Shown here: one piece after another, positions 37,887 through 48,653 of the stretch
How the letters are laid out: each line of letters starts with the position of its first letter
How positions within the stretch are numbered: position 1 is the first letter of the stretch
Source of the DNA: Candidatus Poribacteria bacterium
GTDB taxonomy: Bacteria > Poribacteria > WGA-4E > WGA-3G
DNA: 64,000 bases
Reading direction: 5' to 3'
Assembly (NCBI GenBank): GCA_965215265.1
Contig: OZ244048.1
Location: forward strand, 4,544,001 to 4,608,000
Translations under genes and position numbers: made by a program
The notes under the pieces: generated by a model
What the model saw: the letters and a program-made list of their open reading frames with translations, nothing else
Databases searched by the model: none
What the model was told of the DNA's origin: nothing

Positions 37887-39014
37887 ATGAATAGTGTACG
37901 GATAGGTGTTATCGGGTGTGGCGCGATTGCACAAGTTCAGCATCTGCCAAACCTTGCCGAACTTTACAGAGAATTTGAGGTCTCCATTGTCTGCGATTTG
38001 TCGCTCAGGACTGCCAAAGCCGTTGCACAGCGGTTTCACATTCCCGCCTACGTGACAGATTACAACGAATTACTAAAAACAGATGTAGATGCGGTGCTGC
38101 TTTGTCACGGTGATCCGAAGACAGCTGTAGCCCTGGCTGCACTTGAAGCCGGTAAACATGTTTTTATTGAGAAACCGGTCTGCTTCTCAATTGAAGAGAT
38201 GGACGCGATGCTATCTGCGCAACAAAAGGTTGGCACAGTTGCACAAGCCGGCTACATGAAAGTGCATGACCCGGCTTTTCAGCTTGCTAAACGCGAAGTC
38301 GATACCATGGAGAGTTATCGATTCGTTCAGATTAACCATCTGCATCCGAACAATAACTTGCACTTAAGCCAGTTTGACGTGGAACGTTTTAGCGATATCC
38401 CATCCGATGCGTTTAAACCGGCTACCGTCGCGCGTGAGAAGGCGCTTTCGGAAGCAATAGGCGACCTGTTAGCGCAAAATGGACTCAGAAATCGTGTCCG
38501 AAACCGAGCAGAACGTGTTTTCTTTTTACTAGCGGGGAGTATGATACACGATATTTATAGTTTACGCGTTATGTTAGGGGCACCTAGTGAAGTCGTTAGT
38601 GCAGAAGTCTGGTCTGAAGGCCGGGGGGTGAGTATCGTGTTTGCTTATCCGAACGGTGCACGTTGTGTCGCAACATGGGTGGATCTGCCGGATGTGTGGG
38701 ATTTCAAGGAAACGTTAGAGATTTACGGAGATAACAGCCGTGTGCTGGTCTCTTATCCGACCGGGTTCTCGCGTGGAATTCTTTCAGAAGTAACGATACA
38801 CGGCATAGATGCAGCAGGCACATCCTATAGCAAGCACCCTGCAGTAGAGTGGGAAAGTGCATTCGTGCGAGAACTCCGACACTTTCATGCCTGCATCACG
38901 CAAAATGAAGGATGTTATACGTCCCTTTCAGCGGCTCGGCATGATATTTCGCTGATTATTGACATTGTGGAATGTTATGTTAAGCGGGAAGCAGTTACGT
39001 GTGGCAGGCGGTAG
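37887..39014 (+). CDS. Gfo/Idh/MocA family oxidoreductase
   Basis: GVIGCGAIA, AGKHVFIEKP and IHD motifs. Upstream TTGCAT-N17-TATGAT. Confidence 0.9.
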   Translation: MNSVRIGVIGCGAIAQVQHLPNLAELYREFEVSIVCDLSLRTAKAVAQRFHIPAYVTDYNELLKTDVDAVLLCHGDPKTAVALAALEAGKHVFIEKPVCFSIEEMDAMLSAQQKVGTVAQAGYMKVHDPAFQLAKREVDTMESYRFVQINHLHPNNNLHLSQFDVERFSDIPSDAFKPATVAREKALSEAIGDLLAQNGLRNRVRNRAERVFFLLAGSMIHDIYSLRVMLGAPSEVVSAEVWSEGRGVSIVFAYPNGARCVATWVDLPDVWDFKETLEIYGDNSRVLVSYPTGFSRGILSEVTIHGIDAAGTSYSKHPAVEWESAFVRELRHFHACITQNEGCYTSLSAARHDISLIIDIVECYVKREAVTCGRR

Positions 39015-39047
39015 GCGCGGGTCGGTAAAGTTTCAATTCCGAAATAA

Positions 39048-39076
39048 GCATGGCGAGGTACAAAGCCTCGCCATGC
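39048..39076. terminator. Perfect hairpin between convergent genes
   Basis: GCATGGCGAGG-TACAAAG-CCTCGCCATGC. Confidence 0.55.
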
Positions 39077-39153
39077 AGGAGCCGACTTGAAAACCAAACA
39101 AACATGCGGAAGATACGAGGTAGGAAAACAACCCCAATTAGATTAATTGGGTG

Positions 39154-41160
39154 TTATTCGTTTACCTTGTTTTCCTCGCCCTCTGCTTGAATCGGGCCAT
39201 TTTCCGCTGCTTCAGTTTTAATCATAATTTGCGCGTCTTTCGAGCCAGTCACGACAAAGCCGTCAATAAGGATTTCAACCTCGACACTCGGCGGAGGTCC
39301 ATCGTCCTCTGGAACCGGGAAATCGTCAGGGAGCGGGGGCAGGAATTCTTCCGGAAATTCCTGCGGTAGTTCTCCGTCAGGTGGCTGTTCTCCGGGCGGT
39401 AGCAATGCCTCAGGCGGTGGGGACTCTTCAAGGAATGGAAATGCACCGCCTGTTGGAGTCAAGGTTACCGTGATAAGCCCTGCATCCACCTGATTCTCTT
39501 CCAGTTGTTGAATCAGTTCATCCAGATTTTTAGGTGCACGTTTTTCCGCGTCTTCATCAAAATCTTCAAATTCAAAATGTACGATTGTGTCAAGTGGCGT
39601 ACCAAATTCACCGGGAGAGCCAACGAAACTTGCAGCCGCTCTCACACTTGCGTCGCCAGTTGGAAAATCCTCTGGAATCTCAAGTGTAACTTCTCTCTGA
39701 ATTGTACGTTCGGCACCGGCAGCACTCCAATGCGGAAGGAGTACGATGCCTACCGAAAGCGTTTCACCGGGCATCACTGCAGCGGGTAGGATAATTTCGT
39801 CTATTTCTGCTTTTGCAATCTGAGGGCTGTCCGTAACAGAGATTGACACCTGTTTCAATGTCGCTTTGCCAGCCGTGTTTATCAATGTATCGGTAAAGTT
39901 CTTAATAATTGAATCGGTGTTTCTTAACACATCCATAGACTTGGATGGAGATGCGCTCCGAAAGGATTCGGTATAAACTTTCTCTGTTTCTTGAAAGTGT
40001 AGTGTGACAGCACCTTCGACGGTGCCGGGACTGGTTTCCAGCCGAATGGCTTCCATAGTCGCTAAAGCAACAAGGGGAATGTACTCCTCTTCCCCATAAG
40101 CGACGACGTGATTTTTCTCTATCACAGGATTGTTTCCGGATTGGTAAGAGAACTTCACCGGAATCATTTCCGGGATTTCACCTAGCTCGCCGACAATCGC
40201 CGGGGATAAATCTTTCGTTATCGTGCCGATTGGAGATCCGTAGGCAGAAGCAGATTTATGGGATATGGACAAACGTGATACAATGCCGTGGGTTACGGCT
40301 CTGTAGACTGGTAGTGCAGACTTCCCTTTTCTTGACATAGCATGGCCGAATGCGACAAACTGGTTGTCATAGACCTGGGTTACTGTCCCGAAGCCGAGCA
40401 CGTTGACAATATCTCCGGTTGCTATTGCAGCACCAATCATATCACCAGCAGAGAGCTGGGTGGTAGCTCCGGGTAGCGGTGCAGCCGGAGCCCCGCCGGT
40501 ACCGGCAAGGAATTCAACGAAATCGAGCTTTGAATTGGAAAGCTGTGAAGAGAGTCCTTGGAGCCGATGGGGCTGTATCCCTGTAACGATTACTGGTATT
40601 TTGACCGGCGTGAAAGTCGCACGAAGCGGCGGTGCAGCGGCGGCTAGTTCTTGATCTAGCATTTCACCAAACGTTTGTTGGTGCAGTGCTGTCTCCATCC
40701 AATCGATCGGTGTCACCGAGAACCGATATGGCGGTTGCAGGTAATCCCGGCCGAAAGCGAGTGCACCCATAACCCGTCCAGGCGGACCGACTGGGCTTCC
40801 AGACATGCCTTGTGCAATGCCACCAAAAGCCTTGGCTGACTCATCAATCAACTCACACTCGTACACTGGAAATCCGTAGGGGCCCTGTTGGATGCTCCGA
40901 AACCGAGCTTGTAGAACGACTTTATTTGTCCCCTCAATTACTGTAATGAGTTCCAGAGGCGTTTTGCTCGCCAGCCTTTGTGCTTCATCTTCATACATAT
41001 TCTCAAGCACGACATTACCGACAATTGGCGGTGCACTTAATCCACTGACGGCCTCAACAGTTGTAGCATTGCTGAGTCGTACTGAGTCTTCATCAGATGA
41101 GCAACCCACTTGAGTTAAAATTGCAATAATAATACCCACGAAAACCCCAAAATTTTTCAC
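39154..41160 (-). CDS. SpoIVB-type peptidase S55 domain lipoprotein
   Basis: Lipobox QVG-C, GIAQGMSGSPV, GTVT and AFGH motifs, and a Pro/Glu-rich C-terminus. Confidence 0.85.
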   Translation of the reverse strand: MKNFGVFVGIIIAILTQVGCSSDEDSVRLSNATTVEAVSGLSAPPIVGNVVLENMYEDEAQRLASKTPLELITVIEGTNKVVLQARFRSIQQGPYGFPVYECELIDESAKAFGGIAQGMSGSPVGPPGRVMGALAFGRDYLQPPYRFSVTPIDWMETALHQQTFGEMLDQELAAAAPPLRATFTPVKIPVIVTGIQPHRLQGLSSQLSNSKLDFVEFLAGTGGAPAAPLPGATTQLSAGDMIGAAIATGDIVNVLGFGTVTQVYDNQFVAFGHAMSRKGKSALPVYRAVTHGIVSRLSISHKSASAYGSPIGTITKDLSPAIVGELGEIPEMIPVKFSYQSGNNPVIEKNHVVAYGEEEYIPLVALATMEAIRLETSPGTVEGAVTLHFQETEKVYTESFRSASPSKSMDVLRNTDSIIKNFTDTLINTAGKATLKQVSISVTDSPQIAKAEIDEIILPAAVMPGETLSVGIVLLPHWSAAGAERTIQREVTLEIPEDFPTGDASVRAAASFVGSPGEFGTPLDTIVHFEFEDFDEDAEKRAPKNLDELIQQLEENQVDAGLITVTLTPTGGAFPFLEESPPPEALLPPGEQPPDGELPQEFPEEFLPPLPDDFPVPEDDGPPPSVEVEILIDGFVVTGSKDAQIMIKTEAAENGPIQAEGEENKVNE

Positions 41161-41415
41161 TTTGTATTCCTCCCAAATAGAGCTCGGGCTAACTATTTTT
41201 ATCAGTTAGCGATTGTATTTTTCAATTAGATTGTGCAACAACATGTGATACACAGTGTCTTTCATGTTGATTTACCTGCGGGATAACTTCACTATTTTTG
41301 GTTGTTACAATGAATTGCCAGACGATAAGCTAAGCGTGTCCGGTCTATTCATTGCAAGTTGACAAGCCGGCTTAACCGGCAAATATCTTGTAACTATAAG
41401 AGAGTGTGTATAGAT

Positions 41416-42180
41416 TTACCACGCCACCCAGCCGCCATCAACTGCGATGGTCTGTCCGGTAACCCAATTCGCGGCATTCGATGCCAAGAACAAGACGGCA
41501 CCAACCACTTCGTCTACCTCGCCGACTCTTCCCATCGGAATGCGCCGGACCACATCCTCATAAAATTCCTTCCGCTGCAACAGCACATCCGCAAGGGGGG
41601 TGCGGGTAAAAGCAGGCGCGACGGCGTTTACAGTGACGTTGTGCGGTGCCCATTCAACGGCGAGCCCTTTCGTTAGCAGAACTACCCCGCCTTTGCTGCC
41701 TGAATACGCAGTGCGTAGCGGGCCGCCTACGAGCCCCATCGTCGAGGCGATGTTAATGATTTTTCCGTTCTTTCGGGAGATCATCGGTTTAACGAGCGTC
41801 TGTGTTAAAAAGAACAAGCCTTTGAGATTGAGATCATAGATGGCATCCCAATCTTCTTCACTGAGCTCAAGTGCAGGCTTAGGCCGGTTGGTGCCGGCAT
41901 TATTGACAAGGATATCAACGCGTCCCCATACGTCAATAGCTGCTTGCGCGCCGCGTGCAATATCGTTCAGGTCACTAACGTCAAACACCACGGGTTCCGC
42001 CTCTCCGCCCTGTGCCCGAATTTCATCGGCAACTTCTTCCAAGTCAGCGGCGGTTCGGCTGTTCAAAATGAGTTTTGCCCCCATCTGCGCGCCGGCGAGC
42101 GCGATGCCGCGCCCGATGCCCTTTCCGGAACCCGTCACTAACATGACCTTATCCTTCAACTCAAACCCTGGAAATGCCAT
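41416..42180 (-). CDS. Short-chain dehydrogenase/reductase (gluconate 5-dehydrogenase/KduD-like)
   Basis: TGSGKGIG, NNAG, YSGSK and VDGG motifs. Confidence 0.9.
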   Translation of the reverse strand: MAFPGFELKDKVMLVTGSGKGIGRGIALAGAQMGAKLILNSRTAADLEEVADEIRAQGGEAEPVVFDVSDLNDIARGAQAAIDVWGRVDILVNNAGTNRPKPALELSEEDWDAIYDLNLKGLFFLTQTLVKPMISRKNGKIINIASTMGLVGGPLRTAYSGSKGGVVLLTKGLAVEWAPHNVTVNAVAPAFTRTPLADVLLQRKEFYEDVVRRIPMGRVGEVDEVVGAVLFLASNAANWVTGQTIAVDGGWVAW

Positions 42181-42215
42181 TTTTCTTCTCCTATTACGTT
42201 CTGAAGAGCTTTAAA

Positions 42216-43073
42216 CTATCCGTCTCTGGAATGAAAGTCTTCTGTCGCTAATTTTAATGTATTTTCTAACAACATTGCACGTGTCATTGGGCCCACTCCA
42301 CCAGGCACGGGCGTGATAAACCGGGCGATATGTTTGACTTCGTCAAATTTTATGTCGCCGACAGCACGATTCTCAAAATGGTTAATTCCGACATCAATCA
42401 CCGTCGCCCCGGTTTTCACCATATCTGCAGTGATGAACATCGGTTTACCAACCGCGACGATAAGAATATCCGCTTTTTTCGTCTCTGCTGCGAGGTTGTT
42501 TGTCTTCGAATGGCAGTATGTGACGGTTGCATCCCGGTTGAGGAGCATCATGCCTACCGATTTACCGACGAGAGGACTGCGCCCGACACAGACCGCGTGC
42601 TTTCCAGCAATCGGCTGTTCTGTCGATTCAATAAGTCGGATAATTCCAGAGGGCGTGCACGGCGTGATGCATTCTCTATTGATGAGTAAATTCCCTAAAT
42701 TGACAGGGTTGAGCCCGTCTGCATCTTTATGAGGCGCGATGGCATCAATAACTGCATGGGCATCAATTTGACGTGGAAGCGGCATTTGCACCAGCAGGCC
42801 GTGTATATCTTGCCGGATATTGAGCGTTTCAATATGGTGAATGAGTCGCTGTTGGGTGATATCCGCCGGGAGACGATGAACTTCTGAATGGAAATGGACT
42901 TTTTCGCAATCCCGTTGCTTATGTTTTATATACAGGGTTGATGCTGCATCATCGCCGACTTGAACAACAGCAAGCCCTGGCGTGAACGTTAGTTTTTTGA
43001 CATCCCGCCGGATTTGACTCCGGATGCGCTGCGCAAGGCGACTCCCATTAAGGATTTCTACCGACAAATGCAT
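42216..43073 (-). CDS. folD: Methylenetetrahydrofolate dehydrogenase/cyclohydrolase
   Basis: PGLAVVQVG, KDADG, PCTP.G, GRS..VGK, IDVGIN and TPVPGGVGPMT motifs. Confidence 0.97.
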   Translation of the reverse strand: MHLSVEILNGSRLAQRIRSQIRRDVKKLTFTPGLAVVQVGDDAASTLYIKHKQRDCEKVHFHSEVHRLPADITQQRLIHHIETLNIRQDIHGLLVQMPLPRQIDAHAVIDAIAPHKDADGLNPVNLGNLLINRECITPCTPSGIIRLIESTEQPIAGKHAVCVGRSPLVGKSVGMMLLNRDATVTYCHSKTNNLAAETKKADILIVAVGKPMFITADMVKTGATVIDVGINHFENRAVGDIKFDEVKHIARFITPVPGGVGPMTRAMLLENTLKLATEDFHSRDG

Positions 43074-43429
43074 TTTCCTCCGATTCTAAGATAACTCAAA
43101 GGTCGCTCAGTATTCTGTGAATTGTTTTTATAAATACCGAAGAGCAATCCGAGCAGAATTAGCCTCCGCAATTATTATACAATATTTTTATCTTTCTGTC
43201 TACAATTTTTCTTGATACCGTCTGCTAATTCTGTTATCATGTCTATTATGCGAATGCGAAAACTGGGCTCATATCTCTAACAGAACAGTCCCGGGATTCT
43301 ATGCCACGCTGCAGCAATAGGATAGGCACGGCAGCCCCAGAACGGTATTAGCATTAATTCAGTCAATCTGGAGAAGTGAGACTTGTAGAGTGTTTAACAG
43401 ACGATGTTGAAGAAGAGAGGAGAATAAAA

Positions 43430-44602
43430 ATGATTCGAGCCGGTGTAGGGCATTCCCAAAGCCTTTCTACCACGGAAGCAGCCGAACGCGCAACTCTCAT
43501 GGCGATGGGGAATGCAGGTATTGCAAAGGCAGACCTGGCAATTGTGTTTGCAACCATCAATTACCAGACAGAATATCAAGAGTTGTTCAGCTCGGTTCAG
43601 GCGTGCTCTGGTTGTGAACGGCTGGTTGGGGGCAGTGGAATGAGTGTCCTGACTTCAGCCGGGGAATTTGAAGGACAACCGGCACTGGCTGTGATGGTTA
43701 TTCGCAGTGAACAAATGTCGGCCATTTCGTTTAGCATGCAAGGTACTGAATCCGAAATCGCTACCCAAATACGGCGTCGCGTTCACCCTGAGATGCAGGA
43801 GAATTCGCTGTTGATAGTTTTGCCGGATATCCGTTCTATGAATCCTACGGAATTAGTCAAACAGGTCGGGACGGATGGCGAGAAACTTCCTATCGTTGGT
43901 GCGGCGATATCCGGGGATGCGACCGGTGCTCAGATGTACCATTGGGCGGGTCATGAAGCAAGAGAAGGGGGTGTGGCAGGGGTTATGCTGACCGGAGAGT
44001 TTCATACTGAGGTAGGGGTTGCACAAGGCTGTCAACCTGTTGGCAAACCTTATGAAATTACGAAATCCCAAGGGCGCATTATCTTTGAATTAGACGGCAG
44101 TCCTGCTCTGGAACGTTTCAAACAGACATTGCAACTGCTTACGCGCGAGGATATTCGCCAATCGGGGGGCATGGTTTTTGCTGGCATTGCGATGGATGCC
44201 GCGAATCGTGAACCTGCACGCGGAGACTTCCTGATTCGCAATCTGGTTGGAGTGAATGAAGAACATGCTGCTATTGCACTATCAGAGAAAGTTGAGGATG
44301 GGCAATTAGTTCAATTTCATCTGCGTAACGCGCCGGCGGCAAAAGCTGAAATCCGCTCGATTATAGAGCAATTATCAGAAAAAACGTGGGAACACCCCCC
44401 TGCTTTTGGGCTCTATTTTAACTGCTTAGGCCGTGGCAAAGGGCTCTATGGCGAATTAAATCACGACATTACAGTTATCGAAGAGAAGTTTCCTGGGGTG
44501 CCGGTTATCGGATTTTTCGGGAATTCAGAGTTCGCACCGATTGGTAACGAGAACTTCGTGCATACGTATACCGGCGTGCTTGTCCTGTGTTCAGCTGCCT
44601 AA
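43430..44602 (+). CDS. FIST N/C domain sensory protein
   Basis: GVAQGCQPVG, FLIRNLVG, YFNCLGRG and GFFGNSE.AP motifs. Start at the ATG after AGGAG. Confidence 0.9.
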   Translation: MIRAGVGHSQSLSTTEAAERATLMAMGNAGIAKADLAIVFATINYQTEYQELFSSVQACSGCERLVGGSGMSVLTSAGEFEGQPALAVMVIRSEQMSAISFSMQGTESEIATQIRRRVHPEMQENSLLIVLPDIRSMNPTELVKQVGTDGEKLPIVGAAISGDATGAQMYHWAGHEAREGGVAGVMLTGEFHTEVGVAQGCQPVGKPYEITKSQGRIIFELDGSPALERFKQTLQLLTREDIRQSGGMVFAGIAMDAANREPARGDFLIRNLVGVNEEHAAIALSEKVEDGQLVQFHLRNAPAAKAEIRSIIEQLSEKTWEHPPAFGLYFNCLGRGKGLYGELNHDITVIEEKFPGVPVIGFFGNSEFAPIGNENFVHTYTGVLVLCSAA

Positions 44603-46647
44603 TTTCCTGAGGAGGTCAGACGTTTCTGCTGTTGTTGTAGATAGTGTTTGACTGCATTTGCATCAGTTGCTTGGATGCCTAGAGTCCCGGCTTCGTCAAT
44701 CAGGATTTCAATTTGCACTACCCGTTTCTCATCATCTGCCAAAAGCAGCTTTTCTGCGTTTTTATACGCCTCTGCGGCGCGGGCAGTTTCACCCAATTCT
44801 TGGTGTATCACTGCGATGTACACGTAGGCAGCAGCGAGCCTTGGGGAGTTTGGACGGAGCTGGATAAACTCCTCAAACGCAAATCGGGCTTCTGTGTAAC
44901 GCCTATCCTTGTAATGGACGCGCCCGATGCGAAATTGTGCCCTATCCGCAAAACTATCCTTATACCCGACGGCGAGGTACCGGTCGCGTTCCGGATAGCC
45001 AATCGTCGTCTGGTACGCTTCCAGTGCATCGTTGTAGCGGTTCAGTTTGCTGTAGAGCTCGCCCAGCTGGAAGTTTGCCATCATCGCCTGCAAAGCATCT
45101 GGGTGCTGTTCAATCACATTTTGGTATACACTGAGCGCCTTATGCAGATTAGAGAACTGTTCAGCGTAAATAATCCCTGTGCGATAGAGTGCCTCGGCAG
45201 CATAAACGGATTGTGATTTTCCTGCGAGGGTTTCAACAAATTCCACCACTTCTTGGTACGCTTGGATGGCTTGGGAATAGTCAGTTAATTGCCGTTCATA
45301 GATGGTGCCTATTTGCAACAGGGCTCTCGTCTTTTCAGTATCGTTTAACGTTTCCAACTGAATATGAGTGCGCAGGTTTTGTATGGTGGCATGGTGTGCC
45401 ATTGAAGGGAGCTGTGCCGCTGTCTGCTTCGCATAGACTGTGCCAGGTGCGGTCGAGATGAGGGCTTGGGCGATAATTAATGCCTCTGCAAAGTTGTTAT
45501 TTCCTATTGCTTCTTGCAGTCTCTCATATTCTACCTTCGACATCTCCTTCTGCAATTTTACAATCTTTGCCTGAATCAGCGACTTCACCTCGGAAACATC
45601 CTTGTCATACATTGAAATCTGCCCTAAGTAACCCGGTTGAAGATGAGGTAGGTAAACGTAAAGGAACGTTTCAAACGCCTCTACAGCCTTAGGATAGTTT
45701 CGGTTCTGTTCATGACAGATGCCTATCCAATAGTGAACTGCGTGCATATTCCAGAAGTTCGGATATTTCTGTTTGAGTTCTTCAAAAACGAGAAGCGCCT
45801 TTTGGATGCTTTGATTAGGAGGTGTCGTGTGAGTTTGCCCTGGCAATGCAGCTGCTGTTCGATAGAGATTTGCCAATTGGAAGAGCGCCTCTGCAGCGAA
45901 ATTGCTAGTCGGGTACGTATCGACGACCGTCTGGTATGCGTCAATTGCGTCAGACAATTGGTTGAGTACGGTATGCCTGAGATGTGCAATTCGCCATTGT
46001 GCCTCTGGTGCAACGGGTGCCTCCGGGTAGGCTTTCAGCAAGAGCTTGTAAGCTGCAATTGCCTCTTCTGGCCGATTGAGCTGGGCATGGTTACGGTAGA
46101 GCTCAGCTATCTGAAATTGGGCGATGGCCCCAAGTGGGGTACCTTGATATTGGCGAACATGTGCTTGCTGGACTTGTAGTGCCGCGAGCGCAGTCCGAAT
46201 ATCGCGAATTTTCTGTAAACCGGTCTTATGCACAAAGTGCGTGGCGGGTGCCAATTCAACGAGGAGATGGTAGGTTTGCATCGCCTCTTCGTATTTCCCC
46301 ATTCGGCAGTAGACATCGCCTTTCTTAATAGAGGCAAGGAAGAGCTCCTCACTCGGCAGTCCTTTTTTCTCTAGCTGCAGGATTTTGTCGTAAACCTGCA
46401 CCGCCTCTGCATACTGCTGTGTATAGTTAGAATGGATTTCTCCAATCTGGTAGTAGCACCAACTTTGCACTTCAACGTCTTTGGCAGATCCGGCAAGAAC
46501 CGCAAGTTTATCTACTGCTTCTGAGTAGCGGCCGCCTCGAATTAAGACGTTCACTTCCTCAAATTGTGCATGAGCGACAGAGAGTATCGTCATACTGAGG
46601 AGAAATATCAGCCCTGCCTGTATCAAACGTCTAATTGTCTGCTGCAT
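44599..46647 (-). CDS. Exported tetratricopeptide-repeat protein
   Basis: Signal peptide and many A.F.IA..Y...YP TPR repeats. Start after AGGAG. Confidence 0.88.
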   Translation of the reverse strand: MQQTIRRLIQAGLIFLLSMTILSVAHAQFEEVNVLIRGGRYSEAVDKLAVLAGSAKDVEVQSWCYYQIGEIHSNYTQQYAEAVQVYDKILQLEKKGLPSEELFLASIKKGDVYCRMGKYEEAMQTYHLLVELAPATHFVHKTGLQKIRDIRTALAALQVQQAHVRQYQGTPLGAIAQFQIAELYRNHAQLNRPEEAIAAYKLLLKAYPEAPVAPEAQWRIAHLRHTVLNQLSDAIDAYQTVVDTYPTSNFAAEALFQLANLYRTAAALPGQTHTTPPNQSIQKALLVFEELKQKYPNFWNMHAVHYWIGICHEQNRNYPKAVEAFETFLYVYLPHLQPGYLGQISMYDKDVSEVKSLIQAKIVKLQKEMSKVEYERLQEAIGNNNFAEALIIAQALISTAPGTVYAKQTAAQLPSMAHHATIQNLRTHIQLETLNDTEKTRALLQIGTIYERQLTDYSQAIQAYQEVVEFVETLAGKSQSVYAAEALYRTGIIYAEQFSNLHKALSVYQNVIEQHPDALQAMMANFQLGELYSKLNRYNDALEAYQTTIGYPERDRYLAVGYKDSFADRAQFRIGRVHYKDRRYTEARFAFEEFIQLRPNSPRLAAAYVYIAVIHQELGETARAAEAYKNAEKLLLADDEKRVVQIEILIDEAGTLGIQATDANAVKHYLQQQQKRLTSSGN

Positions 46648-46714
46648 TCCGACTCCTATACGGTTTGTACTCTTCTGGATGGTTAGATTTTGATAGTATT
46701 GTGCCATGCTTTGT

Positions 46715-47344
46715 CTACCTGAGGCGCTGCAGATGCGTATTCGCTACCTTTGCGAAATGCGTGCCTTGTGCCTGCTCCTTTACTCGCTGGAATCGACCGG
46801 CTGCCTCCCAGGCATCGTTTCGGAGATGCCCGGTAATCAGAGCGTCCTCTAGGCTTCGTTGAATGTACTCTTGTTCGTATTGTTTAATTCGGGCATCGGC
46901 GGATTCGACGCTGCTGACACGCAAGGCCGGCTGTTGTTCAAAAGGTTTGGTAAAGAAGACCGTTATTGCAATTAGCACAATAGCTACAGCACTGGCGGTG
47001 ACTGTTCGCTGCCAACGCGCTAAAGGACGCTGGGGCCATTCAAGTAATATCTGTGCCAGGTGCCGGAGGTGCGCCTGGAAAGTCCGCTTATCTGTCGAAG
47101 AACTAGCAGCGAGACGCTTGTAGACGTTCTTCTCAATATCTCGGAGGGCAAGCACCGGCACGTCTAATTCAAATTCCGTCTCCTCTGTCAGGTCAAGAAC
47201 CGCTTTAACAACTCGAACTGCTTCGGTGCAAGTCGCACAATGCTTGAGATGTTTTTCAAAGGTATCGACTTCCGGCTCAGATAAAAGATTATAAACGTAA
47301 TCAATAGCATGGTCTTCAAACTTTTCACAACTTTGCATAAACAT
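46715..47344 (-). CDS. Zinc-binding anti-sigma factor (zf-HC2), membrane-anchored
   Basis: FEKHLKHCATC and a TM segment; follows the ECF sigma gene. Confidence 0.85.
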   Translation of the reverse strand: MFMQSCEKFEDHAIDYVYNLLSEPEVDTFEKHLKHCATCTEAVRVVKAVLDLTEETEFELDVPVLALRDIEKNVYKRLAASSSTDKRTFQAHLRHLAQILLEWPQRPLARWQRTVTASAVAIVLIAITVFFTKPFEQQPALRVSSVESADARIKQYEQEYIQRSLEDALITGHLRNDAWEAAGRFQRVKEQAQGTHFAKVANTHLQRLR

Positions 47345-47356
47345 CCTCCTTTTTCG

Positions 47357-47938
47357 TCAAATTTCATGATTTTCCCAGAGCGGCCGCAGGAGAGTTTGTA
47401 AGCGTTTGACGGCCCGGTGCAGATGAATCTTTACCGTGCCCTCTGCCATACCGAGGGTTTCCGCTGCCTCTTTAATGGAAAACCCTTCGTAGCGGCATAG
47501 CATGAAAACGGATTTCTGCTTAGCGGACAGTTGCGCGACAGCTTCGCGGATAATCCGGCCCCGTTCTTTCTCCTCTAGCAGTTTAACGGGATCGCTCGCA
47601 AGATCGGTGGCTATCAGCCTGGATTCCGGGATTTCTTCATCCTCTAATAAATAGACAGGGTTACGTGCTTTCGCACGATGATGATCGACAGCAAGGTTAG
47701 AGGCAATTTTATAAAGCCATGTCGAAAATTTGGCCTTGGGCTGCCAATTATCGAGGGCACGATATACCTTGACAAACACTTCAATAGTGATATCCTCCGC
47801 ATCCTCATAATTCTTGACAGAACGGAACAGATAGGAGAAAATTCTGGATTTGTAGCGTTTCATCAATTCGTCAAAGGCACTCTGATGACCGGCTTGAAAC
47901 TGAGCAACTAACTTCTCATCGTCAATCCAATTATCCAT
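47357..47938 (-). CDS. ECF RNA polymerase sigma factor
   Basis: DAEDITIEVF, FSTWLYKIA.N and E.AETLGMAEGTVK.HLHRA motifs. Start at MDNWIDD; the ORF track extends to 48046. Confidence 0.93.
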   Translation of the reverse strand: MDNWIDDEKLVAQFQAGHQSAFDELMKRYKSRIFSYLFRSVKNYEDAEDITIEVFVKVYRALDNWQPKAKFSTWLYKIASNLAVDHHRAKARNPVYLLEDEEIPESRLIATDLASDPVKLLEEKERGRIIREAVAQLSAKQKSVFMLCRYEGFSIKEAAETLGMAEGTVKIHLHRAVKRLQTLLRPLWENHEI

Positions 47939-48064
47939 AATTCCTGCTACATAAAACGAAGCGAACAGAGAACACACTAGTGGGCGATGCGAGGGCTCGC
48001 TTGTTGCGGGATTTGCATAAACTCTTATTATTTCAAACGATGGCACTCAAAAAAAGTTTACACG

Positions 48065-48228
48065 TTTTTTGTATATTTCAGCACATCAACGCCTGATGTT
48101 TTTCTAAAATCTTTACAAATCTCGTATGAGCCTTTCGAGGTTATGAATTCTAAACATAAAATATCTCTGGCGAGATTTGTGCGAGGTTGTTCATTAAATC
48201 CATCGGTGACGGGCTGAAAGATTGGAAT
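48065..48228. repeat. Modular inverted-repeat element, cluster 6 (single arm-core-arm unit)
   Basis: TTTTTGTATATTTCAGCACATCAACG...ACAAATCTCG, core TCTAAACA, then CGAGATTTGTGCGAGGTTG... Confidence 0.9.
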
Positions 48229-48374
48229 CAATGAAAAAAGGCGGCATGCCGGAGCCACGTGCCCTAGTTAGGTGAATTTACATCTCACTGAGTTTACTCT
48301 TGTGCCTTAAGCGTCGCCCAGCATTCTGTGAGTTTACCGTCCGCACTCAGATGCCCTTTCAAGCGGGTTGTCTG

Positions 48375-48653
48375 CTACGTGTCGGTGTGGTTGTCAGCTG
48401 CCTCCAGCTGCCGCACGAGTTCTGCACGCAGCGCCGGAGATAAATGAAGTCCGGCTAACCGCTCATCGGGAGTGAGTCCTTTGACGCGCTCATCGGCACT
48501 TAGGCGTGCTAACATATCGGTGCGTTCTTGAGGGCTCAAGCGGGACAGCATGTCCGCACGCTCCTCCGATGTCAGTGCAGACAGCAGCTTCGGACCTAAA
48601 GTCGTCGCAACTTCGCGAAGACGACTCTGAAAGAAATCTTGACGGCCTTCCAT
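48375..48653 (-). CDS. Predicted nested in-frame small protein (92 aa), RpnS-like antitoxin candidate
   Basis: Internal GGAGGAGGT (48669-48661), 7 nt, then ATG in frame at codon 216. Confidence 0.6.
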   Translation of the reverse strand: MEGRQDFFQSRLREVATTLGPKLLSALTSEERADMLSRLSPQERTDMLARLSADERVKGLTPDERLAGLHLSPALRAELVRQLEAADNHTDT

